This document shows positions 1-9,112 of a stretch of DNA of 64,000 nt, piece by piece. The notes under the pieces were generated by a model. That model did no database searches, had not been told where the DNA came from, and was given only the letters and a program-made list of their open reading frames with translations. Made by a program: the position numbers and the translations under genes. Position 1 is the first letter of the stretch. Each line of letters starts with the position of its first letter. Origin of the DNA: Ignavibacteriaceae bacterium (GTDB taxonomy: Bacteria > Bacteroidota > Ignavibacteria > Ignavibacteriales > Ignavibacteriaceae); contig JAVHOU010000223.1 in the NCBI GenBank assembly GCA_036170275.1, forward strand, positions 12,294 through 76,293, given 5' to 3'.

Positions 1-3000
1 CTTCATAAGCCTCAGCTTCTAAAAATGATCTAAGAGTATGCTGATCGTTAGCACCCATTGCAACTTTAGCAACATAAACAGTTCCGTAACTCATTGCCAT
101 TAAACCAAGATCTTTTTTTGCTACGGATTTTCCTGCTGCTGCAAATTTTGCAACCGCTGCACGCGGTGTAGATTTTGAACACTGTCCGCCGGTGTTAGAA
201 TAAACTTCTGTATCAAGAACTAGAATGTTAACATTCTTTCCTGATGCAAGTACGTGATCTAATCCGCCATAACCGATATCATAAGCCCAGCCATCGCCGC
301 CCATAATCCAAACAGATTTTTTAACCAGATAATCTGCAAGGCTTAATAAATGTTTTAGATTGCTTGTCTTTTCGTTAGCACCGGCTTTAAGCATATCATT
401 TAATTTATTCTTTAATGCAGCAACTCTTTCTCTCTGCTCATAAATTTCTGCTTCATCTTTTTGATTAGCATTGATTATAGCATCAACTAAATCGTTACCA
501 ACTTCTGATGCAAATCTTTTTAACAAGTCTTTTGCTTGAAGGTTATGATTATCAATTGCTAATCTAAATCCATAACCAAACTCAGCATTATCTTCAAACA
601 ATGAATTTGACCAGGCAGGACCGCGACCGTCTTTGTTAGATGCCCACGGAGTTGTTGGTAAGTTTCCACCATAGATTGATGAACATCCAGTTGCATTTGC
701 AATAACTGCTCTATCACCAAATAACTGACTTACTAATTTTACGTAAGGAGTTTCACCGCAGCCTGAGCAGGCACCTGAAAATTCAAATAATGGTTGTAAG
801 AATTGTGAGTCTTTTACTTTTGATACTGCAACAACTTTTCTATCAAGATCAGGAATGTTGAAGAAGAAATCCCAGTTTGCTCTTTCTTGTTCACGGATAG
901 GAAGCTGCTCTGCCATATTAATGGCTTTTAGTTTTGTTTCTTTTTTATTTTTTGCAGGGCAAACATCAACGCAAAGACCACAGCCCGTGCAATCTTCTAC
1001 CGCAACTTGCAATGAGTAATATAAACCTTCACCATAATCTTTTGATTTGAACTTTGTAGATTTAAATGTTGCGGGTGCACCAGCCAAATCTTTTTCATTA
1101 AAAATCTTTGCACGTATTGTAGCATGCGGACAAACCATGACACATTTGTTACATTGAATACAAGTTTCCATATCCCAAACAGGAACTTCCAACGCTATAT
1201 TTCTCTTTTCCCATCTTGTTGTTGTCAAAGGGAAAGTTCCATCAGCGGGCATTTTACTTACAGGAAGTAAATCACCTTCACCCGAAATCATTTTTGCAGT
1301 TACTTCTTTTACGAAATCTGGTGCATTGCCTGAAACTGCCGGCTGCATTTGTAGTTTGCTTGTAATATTATTTGGAACTTTAACTTCAAAAAGATTTTCA
1401 ACTGTTTTATCAACAGCATTAAAATTCATCTGAACAATCTTATCGCCTTTAGCGCCATAAGTTTTTTTGATAGAATCCTTAATCATACCAATTGCTTTTT
1501 CCTGCGGAAAGATATTTGAGATTGCAAAAAAGCAAGTTTGCATAATTGTATTTATTCTAACGCCCATTCCGGTTTCTTCACCAACTTTGTAAGCATCGAT
1601 TATCCAGAATTTCATTTTCTTATTGATAAGATCTTTCTGAACTTTTTCAGGTAAAGAATCCCAAACATGTTCTTTATCAACCTTTGTGTTTAATAAGAAA
1701 GTTGCACCATCACTTGCATCCTTTAGCATATCCCATTGCTCTAAAAATACCTGCTGATGGCTTGCAACAAATTTTGCTTTATTAATCAGATAAGTTGATT
1801 TGATTTCTTTTGGTCCGAAACGTAAATGGGAAACAGTTGTTGAACCGGATTTTTTAGAATCGTAAACAAAATATCCCTGAGCAAAATAATCTGTTCCTTC
1901 ACCAATAATCTTAATTGAATTTTTATTTGCGCCAACAGTTCCATCAGCACCCAAGCCATAAAATTTGCCTGTAAAAGTTTCATCAGTTTCAACAGAAAAT
2001 GTTGGATCAAAATCTAAACTGCTATGTGTAACGTCTTCAATAATTCCAACTGTAAAATGATTTTTTGGTTTTTGATTTAATAGATTATCAAACACAGATT
2101 TAATCATTGCAGGTGTAAATTCTTTTGATGATAAACCGTAACGTCCTCCAACAACTTTAGGAAAACTAAACTGAAGCTCGCCAGCCATATACTTTTCTGA
2201 TATTGCGCCAAGTACATCAAGATAAAGTGGTTCACCGCCGGCGCCAGGTTCTTTTGTTCTATCCAAAACTGCAATTGATTTTGTAGTTTTAGGAAGTGCT
2301 TTAACAAAAAGATCGATTGAAAATGGTCTGTATAATCTAACTTTTAGCAATCCAACTTTTTCGCCTTTGTTTACCAAGTAATTAACGGTTTCTTCAGCAG
2401 CTTCATTTCCTGATCCCATCATAATAATTACTCGTTCTGCATCAGGAGCGCCAACGTAATCAAATAAATGATATTGTCTTCCGGTAAGCTTTGCAAATTT
2501 ATCCATATACTTTTGTACGATTGCAGGACAAGCATTGTAGAAAGGGTTTACGGTTTCTCTTCCCTGAAAATATACATCAGGATTTTGTGCAGTGCCTCTC
2601 ATAAATGGATTATCAGGAGTTAAACCTCTTTTACGATGCGCAATAACTAACTCATCATCCATCATTGCTTTCATATCATCTATGGTTAACTGTTCAATCT
2701 TCATTACTTCGTGTGATGTTCTGAATCCATCAAAGAAGTGAATAAAAGGAATGCGTGCTTCTAATGTTGCGGCTTGTGCAATCAATGCAAAATCCATTAC
2801 TTCCTGAACTGAGTTTGATGATAAAAGGGCAAAACCTGTTGAGCGTGTTGCCATTACATCTGAGTGATCACCAAAGATAGAAAGTGCAGCAGCAGCAATT
2901 GATCTTGCTGAAACGTGAAAAACTGTTGAAGTTAATTCACCGGCAATCTTAAACATATTAGGAATCATTAACAGTAAACCCTGTGATGCGGTAAATGTTG

Positions 3001-3244
3001 TAGTTAATGCTCCGGTTTGTAATGCACCGTGCACACTTCCGGAAGCTCCGCCTTCACTTTGAAGTTCGCTAACTGAAGGAATCATTCCCCAAATATTTTT
3101 TTTATCAACTGCAGCCCAGGCATCGCACCACTCGCCCATATTTGAAGAAGGAGTGATAGGATAAATAGCAATTACTTCGTTTGTATTATATGCTATATAC
3201 GCTGCTGCTTCATTGCCATCGATTGTTACTTTTTTTCTGTCCAT
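1..3244 (-). CDS. nifJ: pyruvate:ferredoxin (flavodoxin) oxidoreductase, single-polypeptide PFOR. The 3' end runs off the left window edge, so it is missing from the ORF track.
   Basis: Hand translation from the ATG at 3244..3242 gives MDRKKVTIDGNEAAAYIAYNTNEVIAIYPITPSSNMGEWCDAW... An in-frame ferredoxin motif VEDCTGCGLCVDVCPAK lies near 950-1000. DLGLMAMSYGTVYVAKVAMGANDQHTLRSFLEAEAYE lies at 1-112. Frame checked at three positions. Confidence 0.9.
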   Translation of the reverse strand, partial: MDRKKVTIDGNEAAAYIAYNTNEVIAIYPITPSSNMGEWCDAWAAVDKKNIWGMIPSVSELQSEGGASGSVHGALQTGALTTTFTASQGLLLMIPNMFKIAGELTSTVFHVSARSIAAAALSIFGDHSDVMATRSTGFALLSSNSVQEVMDFALIAQAATLEARIPFIHFFDGFRTSHEVMKIEQLTIDDMKAMMDDELVIAHRKRGLTPDNPFMRGTAQNPDVYFQGRETVNPFYNACPAIVQKYMDKFAKLTGRQYHLFDYVGAPDAERVIIMMGSGNEAAEETVNYLVNKGEKVGLLKVRLYRPFSIDLFVKALPKTTKSIAVLDRTKEPGAGGEPLYLDVLGAISEKYMAGELQFSFPKVVGGRYGLSSKEFTPAMIKSVFDNLLNQKPKNHFTVGIIEDVTHSSLDFDPTFSVETDETFTGKFYGLGADGTVGANKNSIKIIGEGTDYFAQGYFVYDSKKSGSTTVSHLRFGPKEIKSTYLINKAKFVASHQQVFLEQWDMLKDASDGATFLLNTKVDKEHVWDSLPEKVQKDLINKKMKFWIIDAYKVGEETGMGVRINTIMQTCFFAISNIFPQEKAIGMIKDSIKKTYGAKGDKIVQMNFNAVDKTVENLFEVKVPNNITSKLQMQPAVSGNAPDFVKEVTAKMISGEGDLLPVSKMPADGTFPLTTTRWEKRNIALEVPVWDMETCIQCNKCVMVCPHATIRAKIFNEKDLAGAPATFKSTKFKSKDYGEGLYYSLQVAVEDCTGCGLCVDVCPAKNKKETKLKAINMAEQLPIREQERANWDFFFNIPDLDRKVVAVSKVKDSQFLQPLFEFSGACSGCGETPYVKLVSQLFGDRAVIANATGCSSIYGGNLPTTPWASNKDGRGPAWSNSLFEDNAEFGYGFRLAIDNHNLQAKDLLKRFASEVGNDLVDAIINANQKDEAEIYEQRERVAALKNKLNDMLKAGANEKTSNLKHLLSLADYLVKKSVWIMGGDGWAYDIGYGGLDHVLASGKNVNILVLDTEVYSNTGGQCSKSTPRAAVAKFAAAGKSVAKKDLGLMAMSYGTVYVAKVAMGANDQHTLRSFLEAEAYE

Positions 3245-3467
3245 TATTAATCCGTTAAGTTATTAGTTTGAAATTTTTTCGGTTATTAAGTGCCTATGTT
3301 TACCCAATAATAGTACCAAGCAAATATCCCTAAAAACGAAGATTTTGGATGATAATCAAATAAATATTTTAAATGTGAAGAATTAAAGAGAAGGGCTTTT
3401 CCCACTTTTAAGAATAATGTTTTTGAAATGGAAACTGTTACGGTTTGTTAAATAATTCATCCAGAGC

Positions 3468-3564
3468 GGAATGATGGAGTAATGGAATGTTGGAGTTTTG
3501 GGAGTAATAAAATTTAATTCCATTATTCCATAACTTCATTACTCCAGCATTCCATAATTCCAAC
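3468..3564. repeat. imperfect long inverted repeat built from GGAATG/GGAGTAAT-type words
   Basis: ggaatgatggagtaatggaatgttggag ... cattactccagcattccataattccaac. The two arms are partly complementary. It lies in the PFOR upstream intergenic region. Confidence 0.5.
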
Positions 3565-3651
3565 TTCTCGTTGTGATTAAATAAGTAATAATCTAAATTT
3601 GCACGCGGGCATTATCACTTACAATTTTTAATTACATTTTCAGGAGGTAAG

Positions 3652-3930
3652 ATGGATCCTTTGAATACCGGTTTTACAAACAACTATAAACCAATGACGA
3701 TTGGCGACTGGTTAATAACTTTTCTGATTCAGGCAATTCCTTTAGTTGGATTTGTTATGCTTTTCGTATGGGCTTTTGGTGATGGAACTCATCCAAGTAA
3801 AAAATCGTGGGCACAAGCATCATTAATTTTTGCATTAATAATATTAGTGCTTGTAATTATTTTCATAGCCGCACTCTGGTCAATCATTGGATCTTTCTTT
3901 AGCGGTGGATATAATATCAGAAGTGTTTAA
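3652..3930 (+). CDS. small integral membrane protein (2 predicted TM helices), function unknown
   Basis: Strong SD (caggaggtaag ATG). Two hydrophobic segments (WLITFLIQAIPLVGFVMLFVWAF; LIFALIILVLVIIFIAALWSIIG). Followed by a perfect terminator hairpin. Confidence 0.6.
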   Translation: MDPLNTGFTNNYKPMTIGDWLITFLIQAIPLVGFVMLFVWAFGDGTHPSKKSWAQASLIFALIILVLVIIFIAALWSIIGSFFSGGYNIRSV

Positions 3931-3950
3931 GTTTTTTTATTGATTATATA

Positions 3951-3983
3951 ACAAACCCAGTTTCTTAAAGAAACTGGGTTTGT
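3951..3983. terminator. perfect 14-bp stem / 5-nt loop hairpin between convergent genes
   Basis: acaaacccagtttc-ttaaa-gaaactgggtttgt. A near-identical copy lies at 7991..8023. Confidence 0.7.
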
Positions 3984-4014
3984 GATTTGAAAATAATTGT
4001 AGTAAAAATTCAAA

Positions 4015-4917
4015 CTAAGTGTGTGCATTTTTTGCACAAACTAAATCTATTTTGTTCTTAATAATTTTCCATTCATTTTCAGTAACCTTAAAATTTGTTC
4101 CTTGGCTTTGTCTAAAAATACTAAGGTTTTCTAACCCGGCTGTTTTTCTTAAATCTTCTTTTGTGATTGGGCTATTTAACAGATTAATTTTTAACTCCAT
4201 TTTTACTCTTAGTCGTTTTTTGTTTTTATCATTTGAATCAATCCAATATTTTTCTTCTTTTTCAGGAGCGATTAGAAATTCGGAATTTGAGACTATTTCA
4301 GTAACAGCATAAATTCCACCTTCACGACCAGACAACCAAATTAATCCGATGTCTCCTATATAAATTTCATTCTTATATTGATTTACTAACCAATGCTTTT
4401 CTTGGCCTATTTCATCATCAGCCAAAGCATTTAATATATCATAGCGATTTGGATTTGCTTGAAAAATCCAAACATGATTAGTTTGTGGTAAAGCTAAAGA
4501 ATGATCTTCCTTTTTTGTTACTTGAAATTCTTTTGAATCTAAGTATCTATAATTGTATTTGGATGCAATCTCATTTAGCTTATTTATTCCAAGTTCATTA
4601 CATTCAATTCCAATTGTCTCTAAAAATTTTCTTCTTTCTGCAGGGATAATATTCGCACATAAAATAAGTTCAACAAAACTTTCAGGTTCTTCATTTTTTA
4701 ATAAACCATAATATTCCATTACTTGACCAGAAGCATCTCTAGAAAGAATTCCACGTTTCACTTCAACAATAACATTACGTTCAAATTTGTCTTTGAATAT
4801 AATATCTGCAAAACATCTACCTAATTTTACTTGCTGTCCAACTAATTGAAATCCTGAGGCAGGAAAAAAATCTTCTGGATACTTTGCAATTAGATTCTCT
4901 ATGTCTTTTTCAAGCAT
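4015..4917 (-). CDS. NucS/DUF91-like PD-(D/E)xK nuclease fused to a C-terminal EVE (PUA-like) domain; predicted modification-dependent (Type IV-like) restriction endonuclease
   Basis: The N-terminal part (GRCFADIIFKD...NVIVEVKRG...QVMEYYG) has the D...EVK pattern of NucS/RecB-like nucleases. The C-terminal part (HVWIFQANPNRYDI...HWLVNQYKNEIYIGDIGLIWLSGREGGIYAVTEIVS) resembles EVE domains. Confidence 0.65.
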   Translation of the reverse strand: MLEKDIENLIAKYPEDFFPASGFQLVGQQVKLGRCFADIIFKDKFERNVIVEVKRGILSRDASGQVMEYYGLLKNEEPESFVELILCANIIPAERRKFLETIGIECNELGINKLNEIASKYNYRYLDSKEFQVTKKEDHSLALPQTNHVWIFQANPNRYDILNALADDEIGQEKHWLVNQYKNEIYIGDIGLIWLSGREGGIYAVTEIVSNSEFLIAPEKEEKYWIDSNDKNKKRLRVKMELKINLLNSPITKEDLRKTAGLENLSIFRQSQGTNFKVTENEWKIIKNKIDLVCAKNAHT

Positions 4918-4948
4918 ATAGTTTATTTGATAATAAAACCATCAATTG

Positions 4949-5069
4949 CCACGACTTTTAAGTCGTGGAATTTTTAGCACACAAATTTGGGGCTTTAGCC
5001 AAACATTAAACTCATTTTGGCTAAAGCCTATTTCTATTTTTTATTTTCTCCACGACCTGAAGGTCGTGG
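4949..5069. repeat. composite hairpin repeat element, family A, copy 1
   Basis: Three hairpins: ccacgac-tttta-agtcgtgg (4949..4968), ggctttagccaaa/tttggctaaagcc (4991..5028) and ccacgacc-tgaa-ggtcgtgg (5050..5069). The first hairpin is identical to 33434..33453. Confidence 0.7.
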
Positions 5070-5115
5070 CTATTTTAAACGATTCAATCATTCAATCATG
5101 CATCCATGCATTTTT

Positions 5116-6198
5116 TTAACTATGTCTTACAGAAATTATATCCCCGTCTTTAACAATATATTCTTTTCCTTCAAGTCGCCACTTGCCAAGCTCTTTTGCT
5201 TTTGCGAATGAGCCTGTTTCAATAAAGTCATTGTATGAAACAACTTCTGCACGGATAAACTTTTTAAAAAAGTCTGTGTGGATTTCTCCCGCCGCTTCTT
5301 GTGCCGTCATTCCTTTTTTAATTGTCCACGCACGGCATTCATCTTCACCGGCGGTAAGAAATGATTGGAGTCCGAGTAAATCATAAGCTTCTCTAATCAA
5401 CTTATCCAAAGCGGATTCAGTAATTCCATAATCATTCATAAAAACTTTTGCATCTTCTTCAGGAAGATCAGCCATTTCTTTTTCAATCTGACCAAAGAAC
5501 GATAATGCTTTTGTATTATGCCCAAGTTTATGCTTAACAAGTTCTTCCATATACTTTTCTGTGTCATTTATTTGTGATTCACCAAAGTTTAAAGCTATAA
5601 GCATCGGCTTAACAGAAAGTAACTGATAAGTTTTTAAAATGTGTAATTCATCTTTTGTAAGATTTGTATCACGTAATGGCTTTTCAGTCTGAAGAATTTC
5701 ATAACACTTTTCAAGCACAGGCAATTCGCGTTTAAGATTATCATCTTGAGTTTTTAATATTTGTTTCTTAATGCTTTCCAATCTTTTTTCAACAATTGCC
5801 AAATCGGATAAAATAAATTCCGTTTCAAATGAATTTATATCTCGCATCATATTTATAGAATCATCAGGATGGGGAACAGCTGGGTTATCAAATAATCTAA
5901 CAACCTGAACAAGCGCATCATTGGTTTTTACTTTGCTCAGAAAATTCCCTGTAAACTGTGTTGAGCCTGAATCACCTTTTTGCAATCCAACAACATCAAC
6001 CACTTCAATTGTGGCATTAACTTTTTTCTTTGGAACAAACATTTCAGTTAACTTGTCCAATCGCGCATCGGGAACTTTTATCATAGCTTGATGTGCTTCA
6101 GATTTTGTTAGCTCGTTTGGATCGAGTAAAGTTTTTGTTATCGTTTGAAAGAGAGTTGATTTTCCTGTAAATGGTAGTCCAACAATTCCTATTTGCAT
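5116..6198 (-). CDS. ychF: redox-regulated ribosome-binding ATPase YchF
   Basis: P-loop start MQIGIVGLPFTGKSTLF. C-terminal hallmark AAGEIHTDFFKKFIRAEV. Confidence 0.93.
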   Translation of the reverse strand: MQIGIVGLPFTGKSTLFQTITKTLLDPNELTKSEAHQAMIKVPDARLDKLTEMFVPKKKVNATIEVVDVVGLQKGDSGSTQFTGNFLSKVKTNDALVQVVRLFDNPAVPHPDDSINMMRDINSFETEFILSDLAIVEKRLESIKKQILKTQDDNLKRELPVLEKCYEILQTEKPLRDTNLTKDELHILKTYQLLSVKPMLIALNFGESQINDTEKYMEELVKHKLGHNTKALSFFGQIEKEMADLPEEDAKVFMNDYGITESALDKLIREAYDLLGLQSFLTAGEDECRAWTIKKGMTAQEAAGEIHTDFFKKFIRAEVVSYNDFIETGSFAKAKELGKWRLEGKEYIVKDGDIISVRHS

Positions 6199-6282
6199 TT
6201 ATTCCTCTTAATTCAAAATGATTTTCTTAATAATTATACACAAATATACTAAGATTATTTTAGTCTGAATTTTGTAAAACAG

Positions 6283-6352
6283 TTCGCCGCGGCGAATTAT
6301 TCTGATATTGCCACACCACTTTTCAAATTAAAACAAGCAGACTAAAGTCTGC
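6283..6352. repeat. short palindromic repeat words (families B and C)
   Basis: ttcgccgcggcgaa (6283..6296) recurs at 37037..37050. gcagac-taaa-gtctgc lies at 6337..6352. attgccacaccactttt is a degenerate family A half-site. Confidence 0.55.
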
Positions 6353-6386
6353 ACTACGAAAATTTAAAATTAACAGTAGAAATCTC

Positions 6387-6415
6387 TTGACAATGCTTAG
6401 CTCAAAAATTATCTT
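6387..6415 (+). promoter_or_regulatory. candidate sigma-70-type promoter for trpB2, leaving a leader of about 180 nt
   Basis: TTGACA, 17 nt, TATCTT. AT-rich context makes chance matches likely. Confidence 0.3.
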
Positions 6416-6601
6416 GCATCAGAAATTCAAATAAAAAATCTTGAACAAAAGACTTACATATCGTTTCATATCTTTTTCAGCTGCTTCTCTCTGGCGCTGG
6501 CGCCGCTAATCTATTACATATTCTTAAAATCCGTTTAAAGTTTTTTAACTCTTAGTTAAACACTAATTATTTATTCATTAATTTATTTAAAGGAGTACTC
6601 A

Positions 6602-7969
6602 ATGAGCACATCAAAAAAAATTCTGTTGGATGAATCAGAAATACCTCAGAACTATTACAACATTCAGGCAGATATGCCAAATCCGATGCTTCCACCGCTT
6701 CATCCCGGCACAAAACAGCCAATTGGACCGGAAGACCTTGCCACAATTTTTCCTATGGAGCTTATCAAACAAGAAGTATCAAAAGAAAGATATATTGAAA
6801 TTCCAGATGAAGTAAGAAAAATTTATAAAATGTATCGTCCAACTCCGCTTTATCGCGCAACTGATTTAGAAAAGCTATTGAATACTCCGGCAAAAATTTA
6901 TTATAAATATGAAGGTGTAAGTCCTGCAGGATCACATAAACCAAACACAGCAATCGCTCAAGCGTATTACAATAAAATGGAAAGTGCAAAAGGGTTAGTT
7001 ACTGAGACCGGTGCCGGACAGTGGGGAAGTGCTTTAAGTTTTGCGTGTCAGAAGTTTGGATTGAGCTGCGAAGTTTATATGGTCAAAGTTAGTTACGATC
7101 AAAAACCTTACAGAAAAGTTATGATGAATACCTGGGGTGCAACCGTTATTGCTTCACCGAGTAATAAAACAAATTCAGGCAGAAAAATTTTGGAACAAGA
7201 CTCAAATTCTCCGGGCAGTTTGGGAATTGCAATTTCAGAAGCTGTTGAGAAAGCGGCAACAACTGAAGGAATAAACTATGCACTCGGCAGTGTGCTTAAT
7301 CATGTTCTACTTCATCAAACAGTGATTGGACAAGAAGCTGTGAAACAATTGGAGATGGCGGGAGATTTTCCTGATATTGTAATTGCACCATTTGGCGGCG
7401 GTTCAAACTTTGCAGGAATTGCATTCCCATTTCTTCGTTACAATTTTCGGGAAGGTAAAAATGTTCGTTGCATTGCTGTTGAACCGGCATCTTGTCCAAA
7501 ATTAACTAAAGGAGAATTTAGATATGATTTTGGTGACACTGCTGGATTAACTCCGCTCATTCCTATGTACACACTTGGGCACACATTCGTTCCAGCGCCA
7601 ATTCATGCAGGTGGATTGCGTTATCATGGTGCCGGTGCAATTGTAAGTCAGTTATTAAAAGATAAGTTGATCGAAGCATCTGCAATTCAGCAGCTTGAAT
7701 GTTTTGAAGCAGGAGTTAAGTTTGCACAAACTGAAGGAATAATTCCTGCACCTGAAGCAAATCACGGAATTGCTCAGGTTATTCGTGAAGCATTAAAAGC
7801 AAAAGTTGAAGGAAAACAAAAAACTATTCTCTTTAATCTTTGCGGACACGGTTATTTTGATATGAGTGCTTACCAGGCTTACTTTAATGGTGAGCTGCAT
7901 GATCATGAATTAACAGATAATGAACTTTACTCGGCATTAAGAGAACTCGATACACCAGTTGCTGTGTAG
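6602..7969 (+). CDS. trpB: TrpB2-type tryptophan synthase beta-like PLP enzyme (stand-alone, no adjacent trpA)
   Basis: Long N-terminal extension [22 protein letters not shown], plus RPTPLYRA and [25 protein letters not shown], typical of TrpB2. SD aaaggag present. Confidence 0.88.
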   Translation: MSTSKKILLDESEIPQNYYNIQADMPNPMLPPLHPGTKQPIGPEDLATIFPMELIKQEVSKERYIEIPDEVRKIYKMYRPTPLYRATDLEKLLNTPAKIYYKYEGVSPAGSHKPNTAIAQAYYNKMESAKGLVTETGAGQWGSALSFACQKFGLSCEVYMVKVSYDQKPYRKVMMNTWGATVIASPSNKTNSGRKILEQDSNSPGSLGIAISEAVEKAATTEGINYALGSVLNHVLLHQTVIGQEAVKQLEMAGDFPDIVIAPFGGGSNFAGIAFPFLRYNFREGKNVRCIAVEPASCPKLTKGEFRYDFGDTAGLTPLIPMYTLGHTFVPAPIHAGGLRYHGAGAIVSQLLKDKLIEASAIQQLECFEAGVKFAQTEGIIPAPEANHGIAQVIREALKAKVEGKQKTILFNLCGHGYFDMSAYQAYFNGELHDHELTDNELYSALRELDTPVAV

Positions 7970-7990
7970 TTATTAAATAATTAGTCTATT

Positions 7991-8023
7991 ACAAACCCAA
8001 TTTCTTAAAGAAATTGGGTTTGT
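7991..8023. terminator. perfect 14-bp stem / 5-nt loop hairpin downstream of trpB2; twin of 3951..3983
   Basis: acaaacccaatttc-ttaaa-gaaattgggtttgt. It differs from the 3951 copy only by a compensatory g>a / c>t pair. Confidence 0.7.
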
Positions 8024-8237
8024 CGTTTAAGCTGATTCTGGTAAGGGTAATAATTTTAAAATTATGATCTTACTTAAAATTTCAAATATTTAAGCATAGT
8101 AAATAAAGGGCTGACTCATCTAAAAGATGTAGTTCCTTTTTCATCCTTTTGCTGGATTGCCCTACTATAAACATTTTTATATATTTTAATTAATAATGAT
8201 ATTGATCAATAAAATATTATCAACCAAGAGGTCTAAA

Positions 8238-9041
8238 ATGAAACTATTAAAAATATTTGTTCCGATCATTTTACTAGCACTTACTGTTTATTACTGTAGC
8301 ACTGTTCCAATTACAGGAAGATCACAGCTTAGCCTTATTTCAGCAAGTGAAATGAACTCTATGAGTTTTGCACAGTATGGTGATTTTTTAAAACAAAGTA
8401 AAATAAGTTCTAACAAAACTACTGTTGATATGGTCAAAAGAGTTGGAGTTAAAATTCAACACGCTGTTGAAACTTATTTTGCGCAAAATAATTTATCCAA
8501 AGAGCTTGAAGGTTATGCCTGGGAATTTAATGTTGTGGAAAGTGAAGAAGTAAATGCTTGGTGTATGCCCGGGGGTAAAGTTGTTGTTTATACCGGAATT
8601 CTTCCTATCACAAAAGATGAAACGGGATTAGCCGTTGTAATGGGACACGAAATTGCTCACGCAATTGCTCAGCATGGTGCAGAAAGAATGAGTCAGGGAC
8701 TATTGCAGCAGCTTGGCGGAGTTGCCTTATCAATTGCAATAAAAGATAAGCCGCAGGAAACACAAAATCTTTTTATGACTGCTTATGGAATTGGAACAAC
8801 GGTTGGTGTAATGTTACCTTTTAGCAGAACACAGGAAAGTGAAGCAGACAGATTGGGATTAATATTTATGGCAATGGCAGGATATAATCCTAATTATGCT
8901 GTTGATTTTTGGACAAGAATGGCTGCTCAGGGCGGAGGTGGAAAACCACCAGAATTTTTAAGTACTCACCCTTCAGATGAAACAAGAATTGCAGATATAA
9001 AAAAAGAATTACCCGAAGCGTTAAGTTATTATAAAAAATAA
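8238..9041 (+). CDS. M48 family zinc metallopeptidase, lipoprotein
   Basis: HEIAH motif (VVMGHEIAHAIAQHGAERM). Lipobox-like LTVYYCS. The start is moved to ATG 8238, preceded by the SD agagg (the ORF track starts at 8196). Confidence 0.85.
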   Translation: MKLLKIFVPIILLALTVYYCSTVPITGRSQLSLISASEMNSMSFAQYGDFLKQSKISSNKTTVDMVKRVGVKIQHAVETYFAQNNLSKELEGYAWEFNVVESEEVNAWCMPGGKVVVYTGILPITKDETGLAVVMGHEIAHAIAQHGAERMSQGLLQQLGGVALSIAIKDKPQETQNLFMTAYGIGTTVGVMLPFSRTQESEADRLGLIFMAMAGYNPNYAVDFWTRMAAQGGGGKPPEFLSTHPSDETRIADIKKELPEALSYYKK

Positions 9042-9064
9042 ATCTGCCGTTTATTTAAAATTAA

Positions 9065-9096
9065 AAAGCCGAAACTTTTTAAATGGTTCCGGCTTT
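9065..9096. terminator. hairpin with flanking A/T runs between convergent M48 and M16 genes
   Basis: aaagccgaaac ... gttccggcttt followed by ttttg and preceded by aaaa. One mismatch in the stem. Confidence 0.6.
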
Positions 9097-9112
9097 TTTG
9101 AATCAAAAAAAA

